Positions 43,921 through 54,202 of a DNA stretch of 64,000 nucleotides are shown here, piece after piece. The notes beneath the pieces are model-generated. The model made no database searches. It had not been told where the DNA came from and was given only the letters and a program-made list of their open reading frames with translations. Source of the DNA: an uncultured delta proteobacterium (GTDB lineage Bacteria; Myxococcota; Myxococcia; Myxococcales; Anaeromyxobacteraceae); NCBI GenBank assembly GCA_963766715.1, contig CAVYBH010000002.1, positions 32,001 to 96,000 of the forward strand, read 5' to 3'. The first letter of the stretch is position 1; each line of letters opens with the position of its first letter. Both the position numbers and the translations under genes were made by a program.

Positions 43921-43974
43921 CGGGGTCAATCTAGCAGCGCGCCGGGCCGGCGGCCAAAAACGGCGCGCCGTTCG

Positions 43975-44760
43975 TCAGCGGAGCAGGACGACGAGGAGGG
44001 CGAGGGTGGCGGCGCTCCCGGCGACCGCCAGCCAGCCGACCTGCTTGAGCCGCCGGGCCGGGATGCGGAGCCCGATCACTGCGAGTGACGTGAGCGCCAT
44101 GGGCGCGACCGCGGCCGGCACCGCGGCGGGGACGAGGCGGGCGAGCGCGAGGGCCACGGCGACGGCCTGGAGCCCCACCACCTGCGCCGCCGCCCTGGGG
44201 CCAGGATCCCGGTCCGGCGCGCGGGCGCGGGCCAGCACCGTCTCGACCGCGAGGGTCGCAGCGGCGAACCCGAGGCTCCAGGCGAGCCACGCCGCGCCGG
44301 CCGCGCCCGGTCGCGCTCCGGCCGCCACCGCGACCGGCAGGCCCGCCGAGGACAGGGCGACCGCCACGGCGACCTCGCCGGCGACCGTCCGCTCCACCCC
44401 CAGCCGGACGAGGAGCGCGATGCCCGCCGCGAGGAGGGGCGGCACGGCGGACGCCCAGCGCGCGGGCGGGGACGCCAGCGCAAACCCAGCGCCCGCCAGC
44501 AGGACGGCGAGCCCCAGGATCCCGGCGGCCAGGCGTCCGGCACGCCCGCCGTGCTCCTGCTGGGCGCGCCGGCCCCTCCGCCCCACGGCGACGAGCACCG
44601 CCTCGTAGGAGAGGAAGCCAGCGAACGCGCCGGCCGCGAGCAGCCAGGCGGCCGCCCCGGGCCGCCCGAGCGAGAGGGCGCACACGAGCGGCATGGCGAT
44701 CTGGCCATACGCGCCGTGCTCGTGCGGGAGGAGCGACCGTTTCTCCGTGGGGGTCCCCAT
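43975..44760 (-). CDS. YwiC-like membrane protein
   Basis: LPHEHGAY N-terminal motif; multi-TM; LKQVGW. Confidence 0.75.
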   Translation of the reverse strand: MGTPTEKRSLLPHEHGAYGQIAMPLVCALSLGRPGAAAWLLAAGAFAGFLSYEAVLVAVGRRGRRAQQEHGGRAGRLAAGILGLAVLLAGAGFALASPPARWASAVPPLLAAGIALLVRLGVERTVAGEVAVAVALSSAGLPVAVAAGARPGAAGAAWLAWSLGFAAATLAVETVLARARAPDRDPGPRAAAQVVGLQAVAVALALARLVPAAVPAAVAPMALTSLAVIGLRIPARRLKQVGWLAVAGSAATLALLVVLLR

Positions 44761-44790
44761 GCCGAGCCAGGATGTAGCTATGATCGCTCC

Positions 44791-45267
44791 ATGCCGCTCG
44801 CCATCCGATCCGCTGCGTTCCCCGATCGCGGAGAGATCCCGCGCATCCACACCTGCCAGGGGCAGGATCTCTCCCCCCAGCTCGAGTTCTCCGGCGTCCC
44901 CGCGACCGCCCGCACCCTGGCCCTCGTCGTCGACGACCCCGACGCTCCCGACCCGGCGGCGCCAAAGCGGACCTACGTGCACTGGGTTCTCTACGATCTT
45001 CCGGCCGACACCTCCGGACTTCCGGCGGGCGTGTCGGTCGCGGGCCTACCTCGCGGCACACGGCAGGGCTTGAACGACTGGAAGCGGGTCGGCTACGGCG
45101 GCCCGTGCCCGCCCATCGGACGGCACCGGTATTTCTTCAAGCTCTATGCGCTCGACGCCCTCCTCGGCGACCTGGGAGCGGTCGACAAGGCGGGGCTGCT
45201 CGCGGCCATGGAAGGGCACGTGGTCGCCCGGGCCGAGCTCGTCGGAACCTACAAAAAGGACGATTGA
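44791..45267 (+). CDS. YbhB/YbcL (PEBP/RKIP-like) protein
   Basis: SP.L, DDPDAP, YVHWVLY, YGGPCPPIGRHRYFFKLYALD. Confidence 0.92.
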   Translation: MPLAIRSAAFPDRGEIPRIHTCQGQDLSPQLEFSGVPATARTLALVVDDPDAPDPAAPKRTYVHWVLYDLPADTSGLPAGVSVAGLPRGTRQGLNDWKRVGYGGPCPPIGRHRYFFKLYALDALLGDLGAVDKAGLLAAMEGHVVARAELVGTYKKDD

Positions 45268-45387
45268 GGGAACCCGAGCGGGCCACGAAATCGTCACGCC
45301 GTCACGTTGTGCGCTCCCGGAATCGGCCGTACTATCAGCAGAACGGTGATCGCGGGGACGCCGTTTCCAGCAAATCGGAGTCGCATC

Positions 45388-45699
45388 ATGCAGCCAGCAC
45401 AGTCGGGGTGTCTCGTCATCCGGATGGACGGGGCGTTCGACATCGATTCGGTCCAGATCATCCAGAAGCGCATCGCGGACCTGCCCGGAGGGGCGGAGGT
45501 CTACGTCGACCTGTCGCGCGTCCGCGAGTTCCACGATCGTGCGGTGGCCATGCTGGCCGACGTGCTGGCGGCGACGCGGGCCCACATCTCGGTGCGCGGG
45601 CTCCGGCAGCACCAGTACCGGATGCTCAGGTACCTGGGCGTCACGCCCAGCGCGCTCGACCCGGGGCTCTCGCGTCCGGCCGTGTCGCTGGACCGGTAG
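45388..45699 (+). CDS. STAS-like small protein
   Basis: IRMDGAFD, VDLSRVREF, RMLRYLG. Confidence 0.65.
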   Translation: MQPAQSGCLVIRMDGAFDIDSVQIIQKRIADLPGGAEVYVDLSRVREFHDRAVAMLADVLAATRAHISVRGLRQHQYRMLRYLGVTPSALDPGLSRPAVSLDR

Positions 45700-45714
45700 G
45701 TCGCGCAGGGCGAC

Positions 45715-46170
45715 TCACCTTCGCCGGATCGCCGGGAGGTCCGCGAACGGTTCGCTGTGCGCCATCGCCTGGAAGGCCTCGGCGAGGTCGCGCGGCGGAG
45801 GGACGATCCGGCGCTGCTCCAGGTCGATCCAGGCGCCCGTCACGGTCACCGCCGCCATCTCGGTCCCGTCCGCCTTCCAGAGCCGGTGCCGGATCGACCA
45901 CCGCGACGCGTCGGGGGCGCACCCGGCGAGCGTCGCGTCCACGAGGACCTCGTCGCCCATGGCCGCCTCGCGCCGGTACTCGACCTCCTCGCGGAAGAGG
46001 ACCGGCCCGAGGTGGAGCGACTGGAACTTGCTCCACCCGTAGCCGAAGGAGGCGAGCAGCCCGATGCGCGTGTCGTTCGCGTACTCGGAGAAGGCGGTGT
46101 TGCGGAGGTGGCCGTTGCCGTCCACGTCCGACCAGCGCACCACGAACCGCCGGGTGAACGGGCCGGTCAT
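45715..46170 (-). CDS. Hotdog-fold acyl-CoA thioesterase
   Basis: VRWSDVDGNGHLRN, GPV...EVEYRRE, GAWIDL. Confidence 0.88.
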   Translation of the reverse strand: MTGPFTRRFVVRWSDVDGNGHLRNTAFSEYANDTRIGLLASFGYGWSKFQSLHLGPVLFREEVEYRREAAMGDEVLVDATLAGCAPDASRWSIRHRLWKADGTEMAAVTVTGAWIDLEQRRIVPPPRDLAEAFQAMAHSEPFADLPAIRRR

Positions 46171-48093
46171 CGCGGCGCCACCAGGTCGTCGCGGGATCCG
46201 AAGAAGTAGCGCCCGTCGAACTGGCCGCGGAGGAAGACGTTCCACGACGGGGACAAGCGACGCGTTGCCGTAGCCGGTGGGGAAGACGATCGGCGTGGTG
46301 AGCGGGATCTCCACCCCGAAGCCGAGCTGCACCATCGCCGCGAAGACGAGCTGGGTCGCGAAGGTGCGGAAGGGCGTCCACTCGAGCACCGGGAAGGACA
46401 GCGCGATCGACCGGAGCTTGGCCGCGCCGAAGTCGGAGGTCGGGTCGGGCGGCGGGCCGATGGGGGTGAGGATCACCACGTCGGAGAGGAATCCGTAGAG
46501 CACGGCGTCGACCTCGCGGCCGAGGACGACCTGGAGCCAGCCCACGCCGATCCCGAAGCTGCGCTCGTAGGGGATGAGGCCACCGCTCGCCGCGGCGACG
46601 CCCACCGAGCTGAGGGCGGCCGGCGACGCCAGCGCGAGGATCGGCCCGAGGATGAGGACGTCGCCGGGGATCAGCCAGAAGGGCAACCGCAGGTCGAGGC
46701 GCAGGCCGGTGCGGGCGGGGATGCGGGGGAAGAAGGCGCTCGTGCCGGCGATGGAGCAGATGTCGCCTCCGCTGCACGAGTCGGTCTGGGCCGACTGCAT
46801 GGTGATGCCGGCGTCGATGAAGGCGAGGCCGGTGCCGACCGACCCGGTGAGGCTCTCCGCCCCGAAGCCGAGGCGCACGCCTGCCGAGAGCGATCCGAAG
46901 AACTGCGCGGTCTCGGTGCCGACGCCGCCCCAGCCCAGGTTCCCGGTGATCGAGGCGAACGCGCCGATGAAGGGCCCGAGCTCCTCGCGGAAGCGGGGGA
47001 GGTGGACGTCGCCCTCGCCGCGGCCCGGGACGGGCAGCGCGCGGAGCGTCGGCGTGAAGTACTTCGCGATCCCGTCCGCCCGCGCCACGCTGGGCTGCTT
47101 CTCCTCGAGGCAGGAGTCGAACGCGAAGATCTTCACCGCCGGCAGGCCGAAGTCCATGGCGAGGCGGCCGAGCTCGTCGCCGGGCCGCAGCGCGGCGTCG
47201 AGCTGCTCCAGGCTGCGCTTCACCGCGTCCGACGCCCGCGACAGGTCCGCGTCGCGCATGAAGGAGTCGCCGAAGAGGATGGAGGGCTCGCCGCCCCAGG
47301 TCACGCCGTCGAAGCCGAACTCGTTGTAGTAGTCGTGCGTGCCCTTGCGCCAGGCGTCGCTCCCCCAGGTGCCCACCACGTGCCCGGCGGCGTAGGAATC
47401 CTCGAGCCAGTGGAGCGCGTAGCCCTCGGTCACCAGGATGCGCAGCGCCGCGGCGGGCCGCTCGGCCGGGGGCGGCGGGCTCACGGCGTAGCGCTGCGCC
47501 AGCTCGAGCGCGGCCATGTGGTACTGGAGGTACAGGCCGACGGCGTTGAGCGGCGCCCCCTCCTTCACGGCGTTGACGGCGTAGACGTTCGGGTCGTTTC
47601 CGGTCCGCGGCAGGAGGAAGTGGGCGTTGTTGGCGCCGGCCCGGCTCACGTACTGGGGGTCGGCGGCCTGGAGCTCGAGGTTGGAGGTGGCGATCGCGTT
47701 CAGCGACTGGTCCCGGTTCTTCGCCTTGTCGAGGTTGACCTGCGTCTTCGCCGCGACGCTCGCCACGTCGAGGATCCAGTTGCCCGGGAGCACCTTCTCG
47801 AAGACCTCCCGCGGGCTGCAGGCGTGGTCGCCGGACATGGCGGGAAAGGCGGCGAAGTCGATGCACTTCGGTTCGGTTCCCTGGTCCCCTTCGGCGGGCT
47901 TCGGGCAGAGGCGGCTCTCCCGGCCGATCCGCGCCTCCTCCCAGAGCGCGGTGAGTCGCGCCTGCTCGTCGGGCGGGAGCTTGCGGAAGGCGGCGTCGGC
48001 GATGTTGCGGTGCTCGGGGTAGATCCACGCCTGCCCCGCACGGGGAACCGCCGTGAGAGCCAACGCCAGGCAGAACAGCCGGAAAACGCGCAT
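46167..48093 (-). CDS. Secreted PLC/P1-nuclease-like protein with probable C-terminal beta-barrel (frameshift near 46250)
   Basis: Signal AGQA|WIYPEH; HWLEDSYAAGH; ends GRYFFGSRDDLVAPR* with ATGA overlap to the thioesterase. Confidence 0.6.
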
Positions 48094-48198
48094 TCATGCC
48101 GAGTAGCAGGCCCCGGAGGCGGCGTAAAGGTTCCCTCTTGGTGCGCTCCATCTGGCACTCCGTTGCGGGGCGGGGCCGGAAGGGTATGACCACTCCCC

Positions 48199-49377
48199 TT
48201 GCCCGCCCTCGAGACCCATGTCCGCGCATCCCTGTCCGACGTCCCGGCTGCGGAATGGGATCGCCTGTGGGCCCATGAGCCCGCCAGGGCCACCCCCTTC
48301 CTGTGTCACGCCTGGCTCGACGCGCTCGAGCAGTCCGGGGCGGCGTCGCCGTCGAGGGGATGGTCCGGTCGCCACCTTCTCCTCCGGAGGGCCGGGCGGC
48401 TGGTCGCGGCCATGCCGGGCTGGGTGAAGAGAGACTCGGATGGGGACTTCGGCCGGGACTGGCAATGGGCCGCCGCCGCCGATCGGGCCGGGATTCCCTA
48501 CTTTCCGAAGCTCGTCGTGGGGGTGCCCTTCACCCCGGCAACGGGCCGGAGGCTGCTCGTGGCGCCCGGGGAGGACCGGCTCGAGGTGGCCCGGGCGGCG
48601 GTCCGGGCCCTGCGGGACCTCTGCGGGGCCGAGGGGATCCGATCCATCCACGTGCTCCACCTCCCCGCGGAGGACGCCCTCGAGCTGGAGGCTGCCGGCC
48701 TCGCGCTCCGGGTCGACTTCCAGTACCACTGGCGGAACGCCGGCTACGCCTCGTTCGACGACTTCCTCGCCCGGTTCAGCGCCAAGCGCAGGAACGCCAT
48801 CCGGCGGGAGCGGGCCGCTCCCGCGCGGCAGGGGATCGCCATCCGGACGGTCCGCGGCGACGAGCTGGGGGAGGCCCCGACCCGATGGGCGCTCGAGGTG
48901 GCCCGGCTCCACGGCCGCTCGGTGTCCCGGATGGAATGGGGCATGAGGTTCCTCGACCGCTCCTTCTACGAGCGGGTGCTCCGCTCGATGCCCGGCTCTC
49001 TCGAGGTGGTCGAGGCGAGGAAGGACGGCCGGCTGGTGGGCATGGCCTTCAACGTCGCGTCGACCGAGCGGCTCTACGGCCGCTACTGGGGCGCGGCCGA
49101 GGAGCACCCCTTCCTCCACTTCAACGTCGCGCTCTACCACTCCATCGAGGAGTGCATCCGCCTCGGCCGGCAGGTCTTCGAGGGCGGGGCCGGCGGGGAG
49201 CACAAGCTCGCGCGGGGCTTCGAGCCCGCCGAGGTATGGAGCGCCCACGCCTTCCTCGACCGCCGCCTCGACGAGCCGATCCGCGCGCACCTGGCGCAGG
49301 CGCGCGCCGCGGCCCGGGAGGCGCTGGACAGGTGGAGGGAGGAATCGGCGGTGCTCAGGGACGCCGGCCCCAGGTGA
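48199..49377 (+). CDS. FemAB-like GNAT protein (COG3146/DUF482 type)
   Basis: PFL.HAWLDALE, DWQWA, YFPKLVVGVPFTPATG, QYHW, LYGRYWG, FEGGAGGEHKLARGF. Confidence 0.88.
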   Translation: MPALETHVRASLSDVPAAEWDRLWAHEPARATPFLCHAWLDALEQSGAASPSRGWSGRHLLLRRAGRLVAAMPGWVKRDSDGDFGRDWQWAAAADRAGIPYFPKLVVGVPFTPATGRRLLVAPGEDRLEVARAAVRALRDLCGAEGIRSIHVLHLPAEDALELEAAGLALRVDFQYHWRNAGYASFDDFLARFSAKRRNAIRRERAAPARQGIAIRTVRGDELGEAPTRWALEVARLHGRSVSRMEWGMRFLDRSFYERVLRSMPGSLEVVEARKDGRLVGMAFNVASTERLYGRYWGAAEEHPFLHFNVALYHSIEECIRLGRQVFEGGAGGEHKLARGFEPAEVWSAHAFLDRRLDEPIRAHLAQARAAAREALDRWREESAVLRDAGPR

Positions 49378-50110
49378 GGCGGACTTCCCGGGTCCAGGTG
49401 GCGCCGCCGCAGCGCAAGGCCAGGTCTCGGGCCTCGGCGAGGAGCAGGCCGAGCGACTCCGGTCCGAGGGCCGGCCCGACGAGGGAGATCGAGCGAAGCA
49501 CCGCCTCCAGGCGGTCCGGGTCGAGCACCTCCGCGTGGACGTGGAGCTCCTCCGCGCGATCCCGCGCGCCGGCGGCGTCGAGGAACTGGGCGAGCCGGGC
49601 CGGTGGTCGCGGACGGGCGCGCGGGTTGGCGCGTGCGAGCAGCTCCGCCATCCCGTCGGAGAAGGGCGAGCCGCCGAGGCGCGGCTCGACCACCGCGACG
49701 GCCCCGCCCGCCGAGAGCAGGCGCGCCGCCTCCCGGCCGGCCGCCTCCGGCTCGACCCACTGGATCGCGTCGGCGACGACCACCAGGGTCGCGCGGGCGC
49801 CGGGCAGCCCGGAGCGCTCGGCGGCGGCGTGGACGCAGGTGACCGGGAGGTCGGAGGTCGCCTCGCGGAGGATGGACAGCATGGCCTCGGCCGGCTCCAC
49901 CGCCGCGACCGGCAGCCCCCGCCGGGCCAGGGGAAGGGCGAGGAGGCCGGTGCCCGCGCCCAGGTCGACGACCTGCCCCGGCTCGCCCGCCAGCGCTGCC
50001 AGCCGGTCGACCAGGGAGCCCGGGTAGCCGGGACGCGCGCGGTAGTCGCTGGCGAGCCGGTTGAAGACCCACCGCCCGGACTCCTCCACGCCGATGGCTC
50101 TTCGACCCAC
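49355..50110 (-). CDS. Class I SAM-dependent methyltransferase
   Basis: Y..RPGYP, VVDLGAGTG, AVEP..AM, AIQW. Confidence 0.88.
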   Translation of the reverse strand: MGRRAIGVEESGRWVFNRLASDYRARPGYPGSLVDRLAALAGEPGQVVDLGAGTGLLALPLARRGLPVAAVEPAEAMLSILREATSDLPVTCVHAAAERSGLPGARATLVVVADAIQWVEPEAAGREAARLLSAGGAVAVVEPRLGGSPFSDGMAELLARANPRARPRPPARLAQFLDAAGARDRAEELHVHAEVLDPDRLEAVLRSISLVGPALGPESLGLLLAEARDLALRCGGATWTREVRLTWGRRP

Positions 50111-50145
50111 GCCCCAACCTTACCAGACCGGCTAGACTGCGCCCC

Positions 50146-51078
50146 GTGCCCGAGCCGGTCGTCCGACTGCGAAACCTCACCAAGCGCTACGGCGACTTCC
50201 TGGCGCTCGACCGGGTGGACCTCGACGTGATGCCGGGCGAGATCCTGGCGCTGCTCGGCCCGAACGGCGCCGGCAAGACCACCCTCATCAGCATCGTCTC
50301 CGGCCTGGTCCGCGCCACCGCCGGGAAGGCGGAGGTGCTGGGGCGGGACGTGGTGACCGACTACCGGTTCACGCGCCGTGCAATCGGGCTCGTTCCCCAG
50401 GAGATCAACTTCGACCCCTTCTTCACGGTCGAGGAGACCCTGCGGATCCAGGCCGGCTACTTCGGGGTCCGGCTTCCGGACGAGCGGCTGGAGGAGATCC
50501 TCGCCGCCCTCGAGCTGGGGTCGAAGCGGCACGCCAACACCCGGTCGCTCTCGGGGGGGATGAAGCGCCGGCTCCTCATCGGAAAGGCGCTCGTCCACGA
50601 GCCGCGCATCCTCTTCCTCGACGAGCCCACCGCCGGCGTGGACGTGAAGCTGCGCCAGGCGCTCTGGGCGTACGTGCGGCGGCTGCAGGCGCGCGGCACC
50701 ACCATCGTGCTGACCACCCACTACCTGGAGGAGGCCGAGGAGCTGGCCGACCGGGTGGCCGTCATCGACCGGGGTCGCATCCTGCTCGTCGAGCAGAAGG
50801 ACCGGCTCCTCGAGCGCCAGGCGGGCAAGACGCTCCACGTGACGCTGACCGCGGCGCTCGCCCGGCTTCCGGAGTCCCTCGCCGCGCTGGGCGCAAGGCT
50901 CGAGGCGGAGGGACGCGTCCTCGCCGTGGAGGTCCCGCCGGGCGGCTCGTTCGGGCCGGTGCTCGAGGCCGTCGCCGAGGCGCGGCTTCCGGTCGGGGAC
51001 GTCGAGACGAGGCGAGCCACACTCGAGGACGTCTTCGTGTCGGTGCTCGGCGCGGGCGAGCGGGGAGGGGACCCGTGA
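50146..51078 (+). CDS. ABC-2 transporter ATP-binding protein (YadG-like)
   Basis: GPNGAGKT, LVPQE, LSGGMKRR, LDEPTAGVD, TTHY. Confidence 0.93.
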   Translation: MPEPVVRLRNLTKRYGDFLALDRVDLDVMPGEILALLGPNGAGKTTLISIVSGLVRATAGKAEVLGRDVVTDYRFTRRAIGLVPQEINFDPFFTVEETLRIQAGYFGVRLPDERLEEILAALELGSKRHANTRSLSGGMKRRLLIGKALVHEPRILFLDEPTAGVDVKLRQALWAYVRRLQARGTTIVLTTHYLEEAEELADRVAVIDRGRILLVEQKDRLLERQAGKTLHVTLTAALARLPESLAALGARLEAEGRVLAVEVPPGGSFGPVLEAVAEARLPVGDVETRRATLEDVFVSVLGAGERGGDP

Positions 51079-51836
51079 ACGGCCTCGGGGTCCGGACCCT
51101 CTTCGCGAAGGAGCTGCGGCGCTTCCTGCGGGTGCCGGGACAGACGCTGCTCTCCCCGCTCATCACCACCACCCTCTACTTCCTGGTCTTCGGATGGTCG
51201 CTGGGGAGCAGGCTGCAGGAAGTGGACGGCGTTCCCTACGCGCGCTTCATCCTTCCCGGGCTGGTGATGCTGGGCGTGATCACGAACGCCTACCTCAACA
51301 CGGCCTCCTCCCTGTTCGTGATGAAGCTCCAGGGAACCGTGGTCGACCTGCTCGTGTCCCCGCTGTCGTACGGGGAGATCCTGGGCGCGTTCGTGGCCGC
51401 CGCCGTGGCGCGCGGGCTCATCGTGGGCGGCATCATGTGGCTGGTGGGGGCGCTCTTCACCGGCTTCGGGCTCGCCCACCCGCTGCTCGCCGCCCTGCTC
51501 CTCGTCGGGGTGGCCTCCGGCTTCGCCGCCCTGGGCTTCCTGACGGCCACCTGGGCGGCCAGCTTCGAGCAGGTGAACTTCCTCCCCACCTTCGTGGTGA
51601 CGCCGCTCACCTTCCTGGGCGGGGTCTTCTACTCCGCGTCGATGGCGCCCCCGGCCTTGCGCTGGCTCACCCGGGCGAACCCCATCTACTACCTCGTCGA
51701 GTCGTTGCGCTGGACGGTCCTGGGACGCTCGGATGCCGCCCCGGAGGCCGGTTTCCTGGTGGCGGGCGTCCTCGCGGCCCTGGCGGCGGCGGTCGCCTAC
51801 GCGGTGCTGAGGAGCGGCTGGCGCCTGCGCGGGTGA
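51075..51836 (+). CDS. ABC-2 transporter permease (YadH-like)
   Basis: KELRRFLR, FILPGL, TPLTFLGGVFYS, NPIYY. Confidence 0.92.
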   Translation: MNGLGVRTLFAKELRRFLRVPGQTLLSPLITTTLYFLVFGWSLGSRLQEVDGVPYARFILPGLVMLGVITNAYLNTASSLFVMKLQGTVVDLLVSPLSYGEILGAFVAAAVARGLIVGGIMWLVGALFTGFGLAHPLLAALLLVGVASGFAALGFLTATWAASFEQVNFLPTFVVTPLTFLGGVFYSASMAPPALRWLTRANPIYYLVESLRWTVLGRSDAAPEAGFLVAGVLAALAAAVAYAVLRSGWRLRG

Positions 51837-51924
51837 TCGTCGGCAATTGGGGATTTACTTTGCCCCCTCGTTGGTTATCCTACGGCCCCCTTCCTGAGGC
51901 CCAATTTTCCTGGAGGTTTTCTAC

Positions 51925-52735
51925 ATGCGTCTCGTTCTCGTCGTTCTGTTCGCGCTGGCCGTCACGGCTTGCAAGAAGCCGGATGCGCCTGCCGCGGCAC
52001 CCGCCCCCGGCGCCGCTGCTGCAGCGCCCGCCGCCGCTGGCGCCACGGTCGTTCGCGGCAAGGTCGTCGAGAAGATCGACGCCGCTCCCTACAGCTACCT
52101 GAAGCTCTCCGGCCCGGCCGGCGAGATCTGGGCCGCCGTCCCGCAGACCCCGGTCGCGATCGGGACCGAGGTCGTCATCGAGAATCCGATGGCGATGGAC
52201 GGCTTCGAGTCGAAGACCCTGAACCGCAAGTTCGACAAGATCATCTTCGGCACGCTCGCCGGCCAGGGCGGCGCGGCCGCCGCGGCGCCGGCCGGCATGC
52301 CTCCGGCGGGCGGGATGCCCCCCGGCGCGGGAGCCCCTCCCGGCGCGCCTCCCCCGGGCATGGCCGCCCAGCACGCCGCCGCGGCCGCCGGCCCGGTCGA
52401 CGTGGGTGACGTGAAGGTTCCCAAGGCCACCGGCGCCGAACGCCAAGACCGTCTCCGAGATCTACGGCCAGAAGGCCCAGCTGAAGGAGAAGAAGGTCAC
52501 GGTCCGCGGCAAGGTCGTGAAGGCCAACAGCGGGATCATGGGCAAGAACTGGCTCCACCTCCGCGACGGCAGCGGCACCCAGGAGAAGGCCGACAACGAC
52601 ATCACCATCACGACCGACGGCACGGCTGCCGTGGGCGACGTGGTGGTCGTCACCGGCGTGGTGCGGCTCGACAAGGACTTCGGGGCCGGGTACGCGTACC
52701 CCGTCATCATCGAGGAGGCGAAGGTCGCGAAGTAG
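51925..52735 (+). CDS. Lipoprotein with two OB-fold domains (frameshift near 52440)
   Basis: Lipobox VTAC; GKVVE..DAAPYSYL; RGKVVK...IMGKNWLHLRDG; DKDFGAGYAY. Confidence 0.75.
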
Positions 52736-52760
52736 TCGCGCCGTCGCCGCAGCTCTCGAG

Positions 52761-52795
52761 GGGCGGTCCGGGGAACCGGGCCGCCCTTCTCTTTT
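52761..52795 (+). terminator. Rho-independent terminator
   Basis: GGGCGGTCCGG-GGAA-CCGGGCCGCCC followed by TTCTCTTTT. Confidence 0.75.
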
Positions 52796-52803
52796 CCCGG
52801 GTC

Positions 52804-53403
52804 CTACCCGCCGTCAATCATCTGCTGCAGGGTCTTGTGGATCTTCGCGGAGAAGCAGGAGGTGAACTGCGCGTTCCAGGTGGCCGGGACCGCCTGGCCG
52901 GCCGGCACGGAGACGGATCCGGATACCTGGAGGCTCAGTCCGCCGTTGGCGAGGAGGTCGGAGAGGTTCGCGCCCGGGTTGTCGGAGTCCAGGGAGATGT
53001 GGGTGACGCCGGTCTGCGAGCCCCGGTCGTAGTGCGCCAGCGGCACCGACGTGGAGCCGGCGGGACCCTGCGCCTGGACCTCGAGGTTCGAGAGGAAGTC
53101 CATGTTCGTGCCCGGGCCGCCCGAGACCGAGGCGTCGAAGCTGAGGAAGTGCAGGACCCGGTCGCGGGACGGTCCGCCGAGGATGAAGTCGGGGAGCACG
53201 TTCGAGATCCCCACGTCGATGGACCCGGCGTACGTGCCGCTGAAGCCGCCGGGAGGCGCCACGCCGCCGCCGCCCGGGATCGTGATGGTCTGCGCGGGCA
53301 GGCCGAGGCAGAAGAGCGGCTGCTCGGCCTCGGCGTAGAAGGTGCTGCAGCCCTGGAGGCAGGGCGCGAGGGCCGCGACGGCGAGGAGGTGGATTCGCTT
53401 CAT
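52804..53403 (-). CDS. Hypothetical lipoprotein
   Basis: MKRIHLLAVAALAPCLQGC lipobox; beta-rich. Confidence 0.65.
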   Translation of the reverse strand: MKRIHLLAVAALAPCLQGCSTFYAEAEQPLFCLGLPAQTITIPGGGGVAPPGGFSGTYAGSIDVGISNVLPDFILGGPSRDRVLHFLSFDASVSGGPGTNMDFLSNLEVQAQGPAGSTSVPLAHYDRGSQTGVTHISLDSDNPGANLSDLLANGGLSLQVSGSVSVPAGQAVPATWNAQFTSCFSAKIHKTLQQMIDGG

Positions 53404-53417
53404 GGCGGTCCCGGCTT

Positions 53418-54074
53418 TCAGAAGAAGTAGAGGAAGGAGATGCGGGCCACCGGCATCAGCGACGAGGCCTTCCAGTCGCTGGTGGTGACCACGACGTTGC
53501 CGACCGAGCCCGTGCCCCCCTTGGCGTTCAGCTGGAGGTAGCCGATGCCGCCCTCGAGGCTGGCGGTGAATCCGCGCCGGCTGCCGATGGCGATGCCGAT
53601 GAGCCCGGAGAACCAGTCGTAGCTGGCGTTCCCGATGAGCGGCCACTGGGCCTCGGGCACGCCCGCCCACTTCTTGATCTGGTCCGCGGTCTGGCCGGAG
53701 AAGTAGTAGCCGTACTCTCCGCGGACGATGGGGGAGACGACGAAGTCGATGGGGCGGAACTCGAGGCCGAGCACGAAGCCCGGGGCGAGCGTGTAGGCGA
53801 AGCCCACGTCGGCCATCACCCAGTACCAGGGCGAGTAGGTGAAGGAGAGCACCGCGCCGTCCGGTGCACCCACGGTGAGGGCGAGGCCGAACTGCGGGTA
53901 GTCCTCCTCGGCGACGACGGCCGGTGCGGGCGCCGGCGCGGGAGCCGGAACCGCCGTCGCGGATGCCGCCGCGGGAGCCGGAGACGCGGCCGGCGGGGGC
54001 GTCTCCTGCGGCGTCGCGCGGGCCGCCAGCGGCGCGGCGAGCGAGGCCATCAGGACGAGTGGGGCGAGGCGCAT
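53418..54074 (-). CDS. Probable outer-membrane beta-barrel protein
   Basis: Signal peptide, Pro/Ala linker, alternating strands, terminal ISFLYFF. Confidence 0.65.
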   Translation of the reverse strand: MRLAPLVLMASLAAPLAARATPQETPPPAASPAPAAASATAVPAPAPAPAPAVVAEEDYPQFGLALTVGAPDGAVLSFTYSPWYWVMADVGFAYTLAPGFVLGLEFRPIDFVVSPIVRGEYGYYFSGQTADQIKKWAGVPEAQWPLIGNASYDWFSGLIGIAIGSRRGFTASLEGGIGYLQLNAKGGTGSVGNVVVTTSDWKASSLMPVARISFLYFF

Positions 54075-54202
54075 GTGGGGCTCCCGTGAAGCGTGCGTGG
54101 GTCCGAAAAGTCTGGCACGCGCCCAGAGGGGAACAAAGGTCGGACCGGAGCGCAATGTGGGTGAAGCGCTTACGACCCAAGGGTGCTACGGTCCCCCCCC
54201 TC

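Noticed and set aside
45715..48093. Secreted enzyme-thioesterase fusion
   Set aside because: Frameshift near 46250; the alternative frame ends properly at an ATGA overlap
48153..48166. Sigma54 promoter TGGCAC-tccg-TTGC upstream of the GNAT gene
   Set aside because: Spacing is GG-N9-GC, one base short of the strict requirement; only viable if there is an indel error
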